A stretch of DNA of 64,000 bases from Tubiluchus corallicola (Eukaryota > Animalia > Priapulida), in assembly GCA_030141605.1 (NCBI GenBank), contig JAQGDQ010000502.1, positions 97,013-161,012 on the forward strand, given 5' to 3'. Position numbers and translations under genes: made by a program. A model generated the notes under the pieces. The model did no database searches and was not told where the DNA came from. It saw only the letters and a program-made list of their open reading frames with translations. Of this stretch, positions 22,401 through 34,400 are shown piece by piece (within the stretch, counting starts at the first letter, position 1; every line of letters starts with the position of its first letter).

Positions 22401-25400
22401 CAGAATTAGTTGGCACCTCGGAAAAGTCAACAGCATCGATCTTATTTTGCAAATCCTCCAGAAATAAAATCATGTTAAAATTCCGTTTATCCCTGATTTT
22501 AATTTTCTTTTTAACTATTAAGTTACCAATATTTTTAATAATAGCAAACACTGGTAGATGATCCGACACTTCATAAAGTATAATACCAGATATAATTGGA
22601 TTAGATAGATTATTTGTATATATATGGTCAATAAGTGTCTGAGAATGGTGTGTTATTCGAGTTGGTCGTGTTACTAATGGAAAAAACTGATTAGAGTAAA
22701 GTAAATTCAAATAATCTGCAATAAATGTTTTTTCTTCTATTTGCATAAGATTTAGATTAATATCGCCACAGATATAACAAGTCTTTCCTGACTTGTTAAT
22801 GGCTGATAATATAGAGTCCATCTCGCTGTGAAAATGATGGACATTGATATTTGGGTGTCGATAGATCACTCCAAATGTGATTGGTTTCTTTTTACCAGGT
22901 ACTTCAACATCAAGCCACATATCCTCAACTTGTATACATGATTTTTGAGTAATGCTATTACCATTCTTACTAGTAGTTACTATTTCTGTATCACAATTAA
23001 TTTTGTACTCATCTTTTACTGTATACCTCAAGCCCGATTTAAGATAAATAGCTACGCCACCTGCGCAAGTTTTAGAATCAACATGCAAGAAAGTATAGTT
23101 AGGTAAACTCGTTATAAAAGATTGATTAATTTCGTTCAATCTTGTTTCCGATATTCCAATAATATCAGGAGGAACAGTAAAGTGCATGAGTACATCTAGC
23201 ATATTAGAAAATCTCTTCTGAATACTATTGAGATTAAAATGTACTATTAATAAATCATTGTTAGACTTTTTTAGATCAGAATTTGTCTCTAGTGCATGCA
23301 AACTATAGTATTTACTATCAAACCTGGTAAGATGTGCATCAGGATCAGCATCATCCCATTTTGGTTTTGCAAGTGAAGGAAAATCAAGTAAAGAAGACAG
23401 ACAGTATACATTTGTTAGATTTGAAAACAATTCGCATAATTCAGCATCATCAATACACTGAAAAGGCAAAGATTCATGTGTACATTTTAAACAAAAGTAA
23501 TTATCAGAAGACAGAGCATAGTGATTAAATTCATTCACACTCAACATGGTACACTTGAGGTGTACCCACATGTTACAAACGTCACAACAGATACATTTTT
23601 GGTTATTTTTACAAGGTTTACAACAGGTTACACATGGAAATTTTTCCAATAATTAATTATGCTAGAATATAAATTTTGTGATGCAATAACACCTTGTATT
23701 GAGTTTTAAAGTTTACCTAGGTCCTCCTCACATTGAATTTCAATGACTTGGCTTGAATCATCTCTTCGCAAGAACATTTTCCGGTATTTTGTCCAGCAGT
23801 ACTTCATTTTGTGGTCCTTAGCATAGTCCCTACATTGTTTGTGTAGTTTTCTCCTTGTTGAAGTCAAGGATTCGTTTATGTAGATGCGGTTATCAGTATA
23901 CGATGCATAGTCAAGATTTTTAGTGCTTCCGGCATTTCTTCTAGCACCATAAAGTTCATCCCGTTTGTCACGTCTTGCGAATTTTACAATAATTCGTGGA
24001 GGCCCTCCATTTTTAGGTGCTGCCAATCTATGTGATGTACTAATATCTTGCGGGTGCACTTCCACTCCCATATTTCTGGCTACACTTAGCACTATGTCAT
24101 TTGTAACTTCATGAGGAATTACAGGAATTCCAGCTATCTCCAATGTGTCTTTACGCTCATATTGTTCTAGTTTGTCTAGTTCACTTTCGGTAGTTTTTAT
24201 TCTGTTTTGTAATGTTTTAACAGTAGTTTTCAGTACCTTGTTTTCGTCTCTCAAATGTTCCATGTCTTGTTGATATTTGTTCATTTGTTCTTGAAAACCA
24301 TCAAATTTGTGGCTTAGAAAATCTTGCGATTTGGTTACCTCAGCAAGTTCTCCCATAAGGTCATCAATCCTCACAACTTTGCTACTAATAAACGTCAGTT
24401 GCTTCTGGAAACCTTCTACAAATTTTTGAATGTCTGAAGTAGGCTGCACTTGTCCAGCTAAATTAGATGCTGAATCCAAGGTTATTTCCGCTGTATTACA
24501 AGCACTCATTTCTCTGTCACCTTGTTGTGTAGGCATCAGCTGCTCAGTTTGCTGACTAATCACTCTCGGATTCTTCTCGACCCGATTTAGGCATAAATCT
24601 TCAGACGTTTTGCTTGCCTGGCGTGTCAATACTCCTACTCGTTTTGGCATTAGCCTTTGCAAAGTAAATTCTGATTAAATTAACTGCTATTCCACTTATT
24701 TTAACAATTTTGTTAACTTTTGCGGTAATTTAAAAAAAAACACAACCGCCATGTACGACTACAGCGCCGTCCTTTAACAGTCTTGCTGTTAAAGGAAATT
24801 AACATAAATATTGTTAAATCTGTAAATACTGCCCGCTTGTGTTACGTGTTATGTGTGGTAATTGTATGCAAACATTTCATTAGTGTGTTTTTTATTGACT
24901 GAAACTCTTGATGGCTACACAGTCATTATGTGTCTGTCTCAACCACATATAGCAGAAGATCACGGTTCAAATCTAGCCTGTATTCCAACTTTTTTGCATT
25001 TTTGGTTTTCAAGTTTGATTTCAAAATCAATTGATTCTCCCACCATTATAGTACCCTCATAGTGATGAACGAGATACATCATCTTATGCAAATTTAATAA
25101 TTTATATTTTGTAGTAAAAATCACACATATTGCATATTTTGTTGTGTTGTGGAAGCCATGAGTAATACATGATGCGTAGACTGTAAAGGCTGTGAACAAA
25201 TACATTGTGAATCTTGCAAGCTGCAAACTTGTGTTCTCTTAAACTTTTAAATTTACTTTTATTTAGAGATCGGGTGAAGCACATGTTCAGTCATGCCTAT
25301 GATAGTTACATTCATAATGCTTACCCGTATGATGAGCTGCGACCATTATCTTGTGACGGATTTGATACATGGGGAAGGTAATGTATTGATAATTTTGCAT

Positions 25401-28400
25401 ATCTTTTTTTAAGTAATTGAATCCATCAGCCGTGGGAGGTTTTCTCTGCTGTATCTCTGTTTCTGCAGTAACCTACTGAAAATGGTCTTATGGAATAATG
25501 GATTTTGGGGTGAAGAGAAAGCCTGCCGAGCGGTCATGAGTGTGTGTTCTGTGGCTGAGACTGGTCAGCAAATGTCTTGTAACTGCCTGTGTTCACTACT
25601 CTTTCTAAACAGTTTTGCCATACTGATCCAGACTGTTTACTTCTTTGTGGAAGGATACATTCAAACAAGAAAAATATACACTGGCTGGTTCAATGGCTCA
25701 TATTAAAGGGTTAACTTGAAAATTTGGCAGCTGTAGAATAAGCCTTAGTGATTATTGAAATTTGTGGCACTGCATCCAGCAATGCTCATTATCGGCATAA
25801 TGTACTAGTCTATAATTTATTGTGCTGAGGACGGTACTGTAGGCTGTAGACTGTAGATACCATGCTCATTTGTTTGTAAAGTTTTGTAAATCATATTAAA
25901 GTTTAGCAGTCCTTCTGTAAGTCGAAGGTTAAGTGTACTACGTCTCAACTACAAGCGTAATGTAACATGTGGGTAAGACAAAGCAGTCTGCCACATCAGT
26001 TCTGTAACTTCAGTTGTTTTACATTACTTAATCATGCATTAATCTGTGCATAGAGTGATTTACTGACAGGATCTTGCTTAGGAACAAGAAAAAATGAACT
26101 AGGTAAGGTTCTAGCTAGCTGTTAAAACTGTTACTATTATAATAGCCTGGGCTGCGAGGCGTTGTCAAGTGTGCACAAATGCATCGTCTGGTACACTTAA
26201 CCTTTGACCTTTTCACGATCATCATCAATTGCTGAAACTGTGAAAAGGCTTATTCTTATTTAGAATGTGACGGAGAGCAGTGCTGACACCTGTTAATTGT
26301 GACACAAATTATCTAACCTTTTTCGAATTACCGTTGATTACTTCGGAACTTAATTGCAAATGTCGATTTCACCATCTTGTTTTTGAAAACTTACAGTTTC
26401 TCCCTGACCTTGATCGACGCTCTGGACACTTTAGCAATCATGGGTAACGAATCCGAATTCAGACGAGTCGCCAACTTGCTGATCGATCGAGCAAACTTTG
26501 ACATTGATGTCAATGTGTCCGTGTTTGAAACAAATATTCGCGGTAAGAAGGTCCTTACCTAATTTTCTTAAATTTTCTTAAGTTTCTTAAATTTAGATAG
26601 CAGGAACATCAAATAGGACTAGCTGTAAGTCCACCACCACAGCTGTGGTCCTGGCTTTTGCTGAGTGTATAGTGTTTGTTTGTAAAAGAAGCCAGTTTGG
26701 GCAGTTTATAATCATTTGTTTATTTGTTGCCTTTAAACAGTTGTTGGAGGACTTCTTTCTGCCCATTTGCTGTCAAGAAGGATGGGAATGGAATTAGAGC
26801 CTGGATGGCCTTGCTCTGGTCCTCTTTTGCGGCTTGCGGAGAATGTGGCACGTCGTCCATTTCCTGGTAAGATGATGACGTTTTTAGTTTGTTCTGCTGT
26901 GCTGAAAATTCTTTAATATTATGATTTATCTTTGCAGATTTGGATTTGATTTCGAATGATTTGCATAATCAGACATTTCGTGATTGTTTTAAATTTTGTT
27001 AGCCTTCGACACATTGACAAAAATGCCCTATGGTACCATTAACTTGCGTCGCGGAGTGCCAAAAGACGAAACCAGTGTAACCTGCATAGCTGGTGTTGCC
27101 ACCTACATTGTCGAATTTGGAACGCTAACTCGGCTAACCGGAGATCCGCTCTTCGAAGCCACGGCACGGAAAGCACTGGAATCTTTGTGGAAACGTCGAT
27201 CGAAAGTCGGATTGGTAAGTGTTTGTGTATTTGATTTAGTGTGTTCACTCATAGTTTGTTTTGTTTCATATTTTTGCAGCCCTGTAAAGAATTTTACGTT
27301 AGACTGTAGATTTGCAATAACTTTCTTTATTCTGGGCCTAGATTATGCTCTTTACGGGCTCCCAGGCTAATGAAATTATGGGCCTCCCTCAGACTGAGCC
27401 ACTTTTTAAATTACTCGTTTAACTAACTCGCATCCATCGTGAATATTTTTTATTCCTGATACATTTTAGCGACTTTGAAGTAAGCGTATTGTAAATTCTT
27501 TAAATAAACTAGAATAGCTATCTCTTGTTTGTCAATAAAAAATGTTCTTTAAAGCAAAACCGGACCTAATCTTAAACTGCAGGTGAAAACAATCTGCTTT
27601 TTTAAATATTGAAAGGAAACTATTTTTTCAAAAATGACTTACGTGAAAGAATTATTACCACACAAACACAATTTCACTGTGTTTCTTTGCTGTTACATGC
27701 ATTTTGCCATTCGCTAGTTAGACGGGCACTAGCGCCTGCATTTCGGAAATGCATTACACAAAAACAGGTGTTGTACCTCTCAATTCAGATGTGCTAGTTT
27801 CTGATGAGCCACGCACATTCAACAGGTCATGCGTGAGCACCGCAGTAAATTCGAAATTTTATCTTAAAACTTGCCTAGTTTAGTAGAATGCTTGAATATC
27901 TTACAGTAGCACTGTATTTCAATATTCGCTTTTACAAACGCGTGCAGCATGCTCGTAGAATATTTTTGCTGCTGAAAATAATGTTAGTTTGTTAAGTTAT
28001 TAATAGTTGGGCTCGCCTGCCTTCAATTAAGTTTTTAATCTATTATTTACTTATCAGAAACGCTTTTGCAGTATTAATCGTGTTAAAATGTATGCTTTTT
28101 ATTGGACTTGAAAATTGGGTAGTATGTGAAAAATCATCCTGTCTTCCTTTAAGAAATACCATTATTTTACTATTTATTGCAGGCCAAATTAGCACCTATT
28201 TCAACACAACTGTAGTGAAAGAACAGTTTTTTACCAAATGTTATCAACACTTGCGGGACTCCAGCTTGAGATGCCTTTGGCTGCAGCCTTTGCTAGCCTA
28301 CAAGATAATCCGGCCCTGCCTTTACGGCATTCCAGTCTAATTGAGCTGTTGAGAAACTAATTCCTTGCATTGTAAATTTTACTGCAAGAAAGTAAATTAA

Positions 28401-31400
28401 TTGTGCTTGAATTCATTTTGATAAATGTGTGCTATTGTACTGTCAGGTGGGCAATCACATTGATGTTCAGACGGGAGAGTGGACGGCAATGGATGCTGGA
28501 ATCGGAGCCGGTGTCGACTCATACTTTGAGTATCTAGTCAAAGGCGCCATCTTGTTTCAACAACAAGAACTAATGGACATGTTTAATGGTGTGTAGTTTC
28601 ACGGATTGTATTGTCAATGCAAAGTTATAACCATGTGTTCTGCATGAGAATGTTTTTTATCTCTTTGGCATTCCACAAACCCAAATCTTTCACTCGATAG
28701 CAAAGCCTGGGCAATCTAGAATACCGTGGATACACGTGAGCCTCTTCACCAAACTGACATCAAGTGACAACAAGTGCCAGTTTACAAGATCAAAAACGTA
28801 TTTTTTTCACTTTTTACACATAACTTTCTTTTTTCAACCAGTCAACAGTCCTTTCACTGTCTATTCATCTTTTGTTACACTTTTAGCTACAACAGCTCTG
28901 TGACACACAATCGAACTTTTCTTAATTTGTCTACACTGATCTCACTTATATCTAGAGGAGCTTGGTGCGATCGGAAAAAGTCTGGTTTATTATTAAAGCT
29001 ATAACATCAGAAGGTCGTGACTTTTTTACGATAGTCTAAAAAATTCAAAGTCTGTGTTTTGTTGTCCAGCTGTCAAATCATTTGTGTGAAGTGCTAAATA
29101 ATTTTGTGAGTTTTTAGCCAGTTTTTTGCAAATTTAGGACTTTTTCTGAGGCGAAAATTGCAAGTGTTTTGCGTGAAGTTCGCGCGACATTTTTGTGGAT
29201 GTTCATCGATTTTTACGACACTTATGCTTATCAGGCGAATGTTGTACTACATTTACAGAATTCTCGCAGAAAAAAGTTTGGGACAGCTCCACAGTGTCGC
29301 CATAATGTTGAAAAATAGCTGCAAAGCTGTTGCAGAATTCTGAAAAGTGTCTCAAAAATTTCTTTAAGTTTTTATGGATTTTTTGAAGTTGTTTTCCCGT
29401 TACGTTACTTTAGTTAGGCGACAGATTTGTGTAGTGTTGGCACATGTTCAGACGACTTTACAGTTCTGTTCAAACATGTTCAATTTGGACAGGTCCGTTG
29501 ACAAACTTTAAACATTTTAAAATTTCTAACAGAAACCAACGACCTTTTGGCAACAATAATGCACATGTTTTGCAACTATTTGGGGAGCTTTTGGAGAGCA
29601 CTTAGCGACTCTTGGACTTTTTGGATAGTTGTGGAAGTCGCAAACTCCTTAAGTCCTGGCATAAAAATAATCTAGCATTCAGATGTATACACATTTACCT
29701 CCAAGAAGAGATATAATCACTGGCTGTATGACACAAACTATCAAGAACTAAATCACGGTCACGCTTCCATTTAGCAATCTCGTCAAATGTTGCCTAGGTT
29801 ATTCAGCCAAGCAACTTGTAAGGGAAATTTTGTGATGTAGATTTCTTACTACATTTATTTTGTTACTGTTCTAGAATACTACATTGCCATTCAGAGGTTT
29901 TTAAATCGTGATGACTGGTATTTCTGGGCAAGCATGGACAAGGGGCACATTACCATTGCTGTCTTTCAGTCATTAGAGGCTTTCTGGCCAGGATTATTGG
30001 TAAGAATTTTGCACTTGTTATAGTTGACCTGAAGAAGTGGGGAATTCGATTCAATTCAATTCTATTTATTTGTATCTTTCATGTTACTAATATTGACATA
30101 ATATACATATACAGTAGGCGCCGCTTAACAGACTCACTTTGGGACTGACGTGTTTTGACCCAATTAACCGACTGAACCTATTAACCGATGGGTGTAGTGT
30201 TTCGTGTATAGAAGTACGAGTCATTTGCTTACTATGCTTCGTAAAGGTTTTTAATGAATTTTAGAAATGAAGTAATGCCTAAATTCTTTGTGCAGTTAAG
30301 AATTAAAAAAAAATATTCTAAAATATTAATTTATATAAGTGAATTAACTCTAAATTAAAAAGCATACGTTTTTAAATCACAGACTTTTCTAAGTCTATTT
30401 ATTTGCAAAAATTATAAAAGCTCCTTCAAAGTCGGCTGCTTCATTTTCAAACAAAGAAGTTGGCCCACAAAGTTCTCGTGATTATAAAAACATTGAGAAT
30501 CTGTTGTTGTGTGTGACTAAAACAGTTCTGAATTGTCTGCTCACTACATTGCCCTTGTACAATATTTACTCTTGTAAGTCACAAGGAATACCGGCTGATT
30601 ACTGTCCCTGCTTTTTTGACTGTTAATTCATTAAACCTGAAAGCGTGATTTGCAATGAGAGCATTAAAAGGAAACCGCTAAGCAAGTGATTAGCTTCCAG
30701 AAATTCTTGGAGTAACGAGGTTAATTGCAGTGAGCAGGCAACAGATTCAAAGCAAAACCGCTACGCTAGCATATTAGTGCATGATAAATGTTGCTGCTTA
30801 CAAACAAAACGGTACTTTTTGCATGATTGTATGATTGTTTCTGCATACATAGTGCACTAGGAAAGGCTCTTTTGGTACATACAAATATCTTATTTTAAGT
30901 AGGTGAAGGAAAAATATTGAGTCAATTATGCAGAGTTATTTGAGTCAAATACTGATAGTTTTTATGTATATTTGAATAGAAGTGGCCCGTTCCAGGCGTT
31001 TTTGAGTCAATAAAGCGATTGAGTCTATTAACCATGAGTCTTTTAAACTGCGCCTACTTTAGACTGGCAACATTGTTGTAATGTTATCTATGCGTAGGCC
31101 TTCTAAGAATCTTTTGAGATGTAATTTGATATCTATTATTTGAAATGTTTAAGCTCTTTCTTCTGTACCCTTTACTTCATACTAATAATTATATACGGAA
31201 TATGATTTTCCAGAGCCTCGTCGGAAAAATCGATCAAGCGATGAAGTCGCTGCACAACTATCATCAAGTCTGGAAGCAGTTTGGCTTCACTCCTGAATTT
31301 TACAACGTCCCAAGTGCGGATCCCCGAAAAGGAAGAGAAGGGTATCCTCTTCGTCCAGGTGTGAAGCATGTTTGTCATCACCTCTAGCATCATTGCTATC

Positions 31401-34400
31401 GTCATCAGCATCATAGTCACCATCATTGTTGTTGTCATCGTGATTGTTATCATCACCATTTACGTCATTAACATTTTAGCGGACTGTAGTGCAAGCATTA
31501 TGTGCCACTAAAGTTGTTGTTATTGTTGTTGTTACTGTTGTTATTGACATTGTTGCATTAGCTGTTGTAGAAGTTGTGGTTGTGGTCATTCTCATAATCA
31601 TTCTTGTGGTTATCATCATCATTAATGTTGCTGGAATTTTCTGAACTTAGTGACAAATGTTTGATCAGACCCATTGCCGACTCTGTAAGGTACAGCTTTA
31701 AGAGCTTTGTTTTGGATATAAGCACGTGGTGCCTCCTTGTGTTTGTTTTTTGCAAATTTAGGTTGTTGATAGACAGGTGAGCTAGGGCAGGAAATAGGCC
31801 ATTGGCCTCATTTTGCAGACAGGATAGGAAAGAAGTCATTCTTGTTCAGTACGTCGTGTCGTTTTATCCCCAAAATTTTGTCAGTCGAGTTCTCTTTAGC
31901 AAGTTAGTAAGGTGCGGCAAAGATGTAAGTTTGGTTTCTTCATATATTTCATAATATTATTATACACTTTCATTATAGCAGTTAATTATCCTTTTAACAT
32001 TGGATTAGCAGAAAATGTTTTTTTTGCTTCAGATAAAACGAAGTCGAGTCGCACATAATATGTCAGTCAGTCAAATATGTCATGATGTGATCGTGATTTT
32101 GGGATGAGACGATGATTGCCCATTTTGGACAATAAAAAATCATAAATTACATCTAAAATACTGTTGGACTTGTATTTAGCGCATGTTGCGCACAAGCTTG
32201 GAGGAACCGATTCTTTGATTCTGTGTTAAAACTAGTTGCTAAATTGCTAAACTAGATTTTAATGTTTGGTTACTTTTAGAGTTGATAGAAAGTACAATGT
32301 ACTTGTACCGGGCAACAAGAGATCCCTGGTTGCTGCAAGTCGGGGTTGACATCCTTGAGTCAATTGAGCACAGCGCTAGGACTCGGTGCGGTTATGCTAC
32401 AGTTAGTATAATGCCATTTGATAATTTTACAAAAACTTTAAATCATCAATGTCCATAATATTATGTATCTTTGGTAAATAACCTGTCATTTTAGAAGCAC
32501 TAGTAAAAAAATACAGGTCGTAGGTATTTATTTTGTTTTTAAAGAGCAATAAGTATAGTAAGTACCCACTTTCTTTATGATATGTTTCAGTGAGTAGCTA
32601 ATAAGGGGAGCAGGGGAGCAACCCCTCCCCCGAGCACATTTTCTAAAATTGTGTCCTTTTCCACTATTTTTTTAATTATGCAATTTCAAAGATTGTAGTT
32701 CCTTTATGATGCCTTTTTTGCGATGCTTCATTTGTTTTCATTTTACGTTTAAAATTAAAATAATTAAGTAACACCCGCATTTTTATTACGTTTAGAGATT
32801 TATGAGCTTACTGTAAAACTTTTCATTGTTTTAATTTTAAATACAAAATTGCAATTATATGTACTTTCTTTGAAACTGTATCTTCCTCGTGATTTAATTT
32901 TAAACACAAAATTAAAATGTATAATCAATATGTTAAGAACTGTTTGGTGTCACGGAGCGTTTTTCCTGCTTGCTGCTCTTAGTTTTAGAACCCGGCTACG
33001 CCTCTGATATTTTGTTGCCATTCGCTAATTCTTTTCCTCCAGTAAGCGGCATTCATAATCAGACCGATATTCATAAAGAAGACAAACTCCTCCTTAAATA
33101 TCAAAAACTTTTATTTTTCCAGAAGCTTATTTCCAAGAATAAAATTTTTTTAGATGTAAAGGGAGCTTTGTCTTCTTCATCATTATGACCATGGCAAGTC
33201 TCAGATGAACACCATCTTATTTTCAGACCGATATTGTTAGATTAGAGAAAAGGCCAAGCCTTCTGGGAAGTTAGACTTATTTCATTGTCTGCAAAAAATG
33301 TTAAAGGGATTTAATAATAAAAGTGAGATATGCACCTCTTGTAATTAGTAAAATCACTTTGAAGTCGCAATCATTTCACACTTGGGCGCTCTCATTTTAA
33401 ATGCCCCTTCTTCCACCAATGACGTCATTCATCGGCTGAAAAAAAAGCAGAGCACTCTTAATATCCACCAAAAGTATAATATGTTTTTACGGAAAATTAG
33501 ATAGCTAATTTTGAGATTTTTTCTCTAACATTACGTAGGCTGCACAAGGTTAAAAAAGTTTAAGCTACGCGCATTTACGAAAGCCAAGATGTGCTTGCGA
33601 AAAGTTACAAAGTCCAATTACATCACATTTTCACCGAATGGCAGCTTTCACCATTCCTGAAAATTTGTATTCAGCGATAGTATAAATTAAGTTCATGCTT
33701 TTTAAGCATTTTTTTGTAAATTTTGTAAGTAATAACAGTAAAATATGAATAAACCCGACATGTCATTTCCTTTAAGATTTCCTTATACCTCGTATTGTTG
33801 CTTCATGAGCTCTTATTTCTCATGAGTGGTTGCTAAAGTAAATTTCTCAGTGAAAAATGAGGTTAGCAAGATGGAGTGACCACCTTGATTTTATTGTTTT
33901 TGTTGTAGATACACAACGTTAAGACTCATTCACTGGATAATCGCATGGAATCCTTCTTTTTAGCAGAAACAACCAAATACCTGTACTTGCTGTTCGATCC
34001 GGATAATTTTATTCATAATACTGGTAGTCTTTAAGCATTTTTTCATTACCAAGTTTTGACCTGTTTAATTGTTCTCTCTTGATTGACACTTTTACTTTAA
34101 AGTAAAAGGTTAGCCTCACCTACACAATTTATGCAGCCCTAGGTCTGTTTCTTAGAAAGATGGGCGACTGTTAGGAAAGTTTAAGGAACACGTGTTGAAA
34201 TAATATTATAATCACTTTCGTAAAATAATTAAGTAATTAGGTAAATAATTGCTGGATTTTACTTACACCAAACGTACACACAATTCAGCGCTCGGGCGGC
34301 CATTCACTGATGATGTCATGGCACGCAACTTGAAAAGACCGACATCATCGCTTATTGCTTCACTGCATCACGTCCTACACAAATTCTGGGTATTTTGTGC

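Larger units (their letters stand above)
19634..24778 (-). mobile_element. Full-length CR1/L2-group (Crack/Daphne-like) non-LTR retrotransposon in EDEM2 intron 1
   Basis: ORF1 plus PHD-APE-RT ORF2. The 3' end is AATAAA followed by an (ATTGA)n tail at ~19634-19665. Candidate 6-bp TSD AGTCTT at 19628-33 and 24779-84. The exact clade is inferred. Confidence 0.9.
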
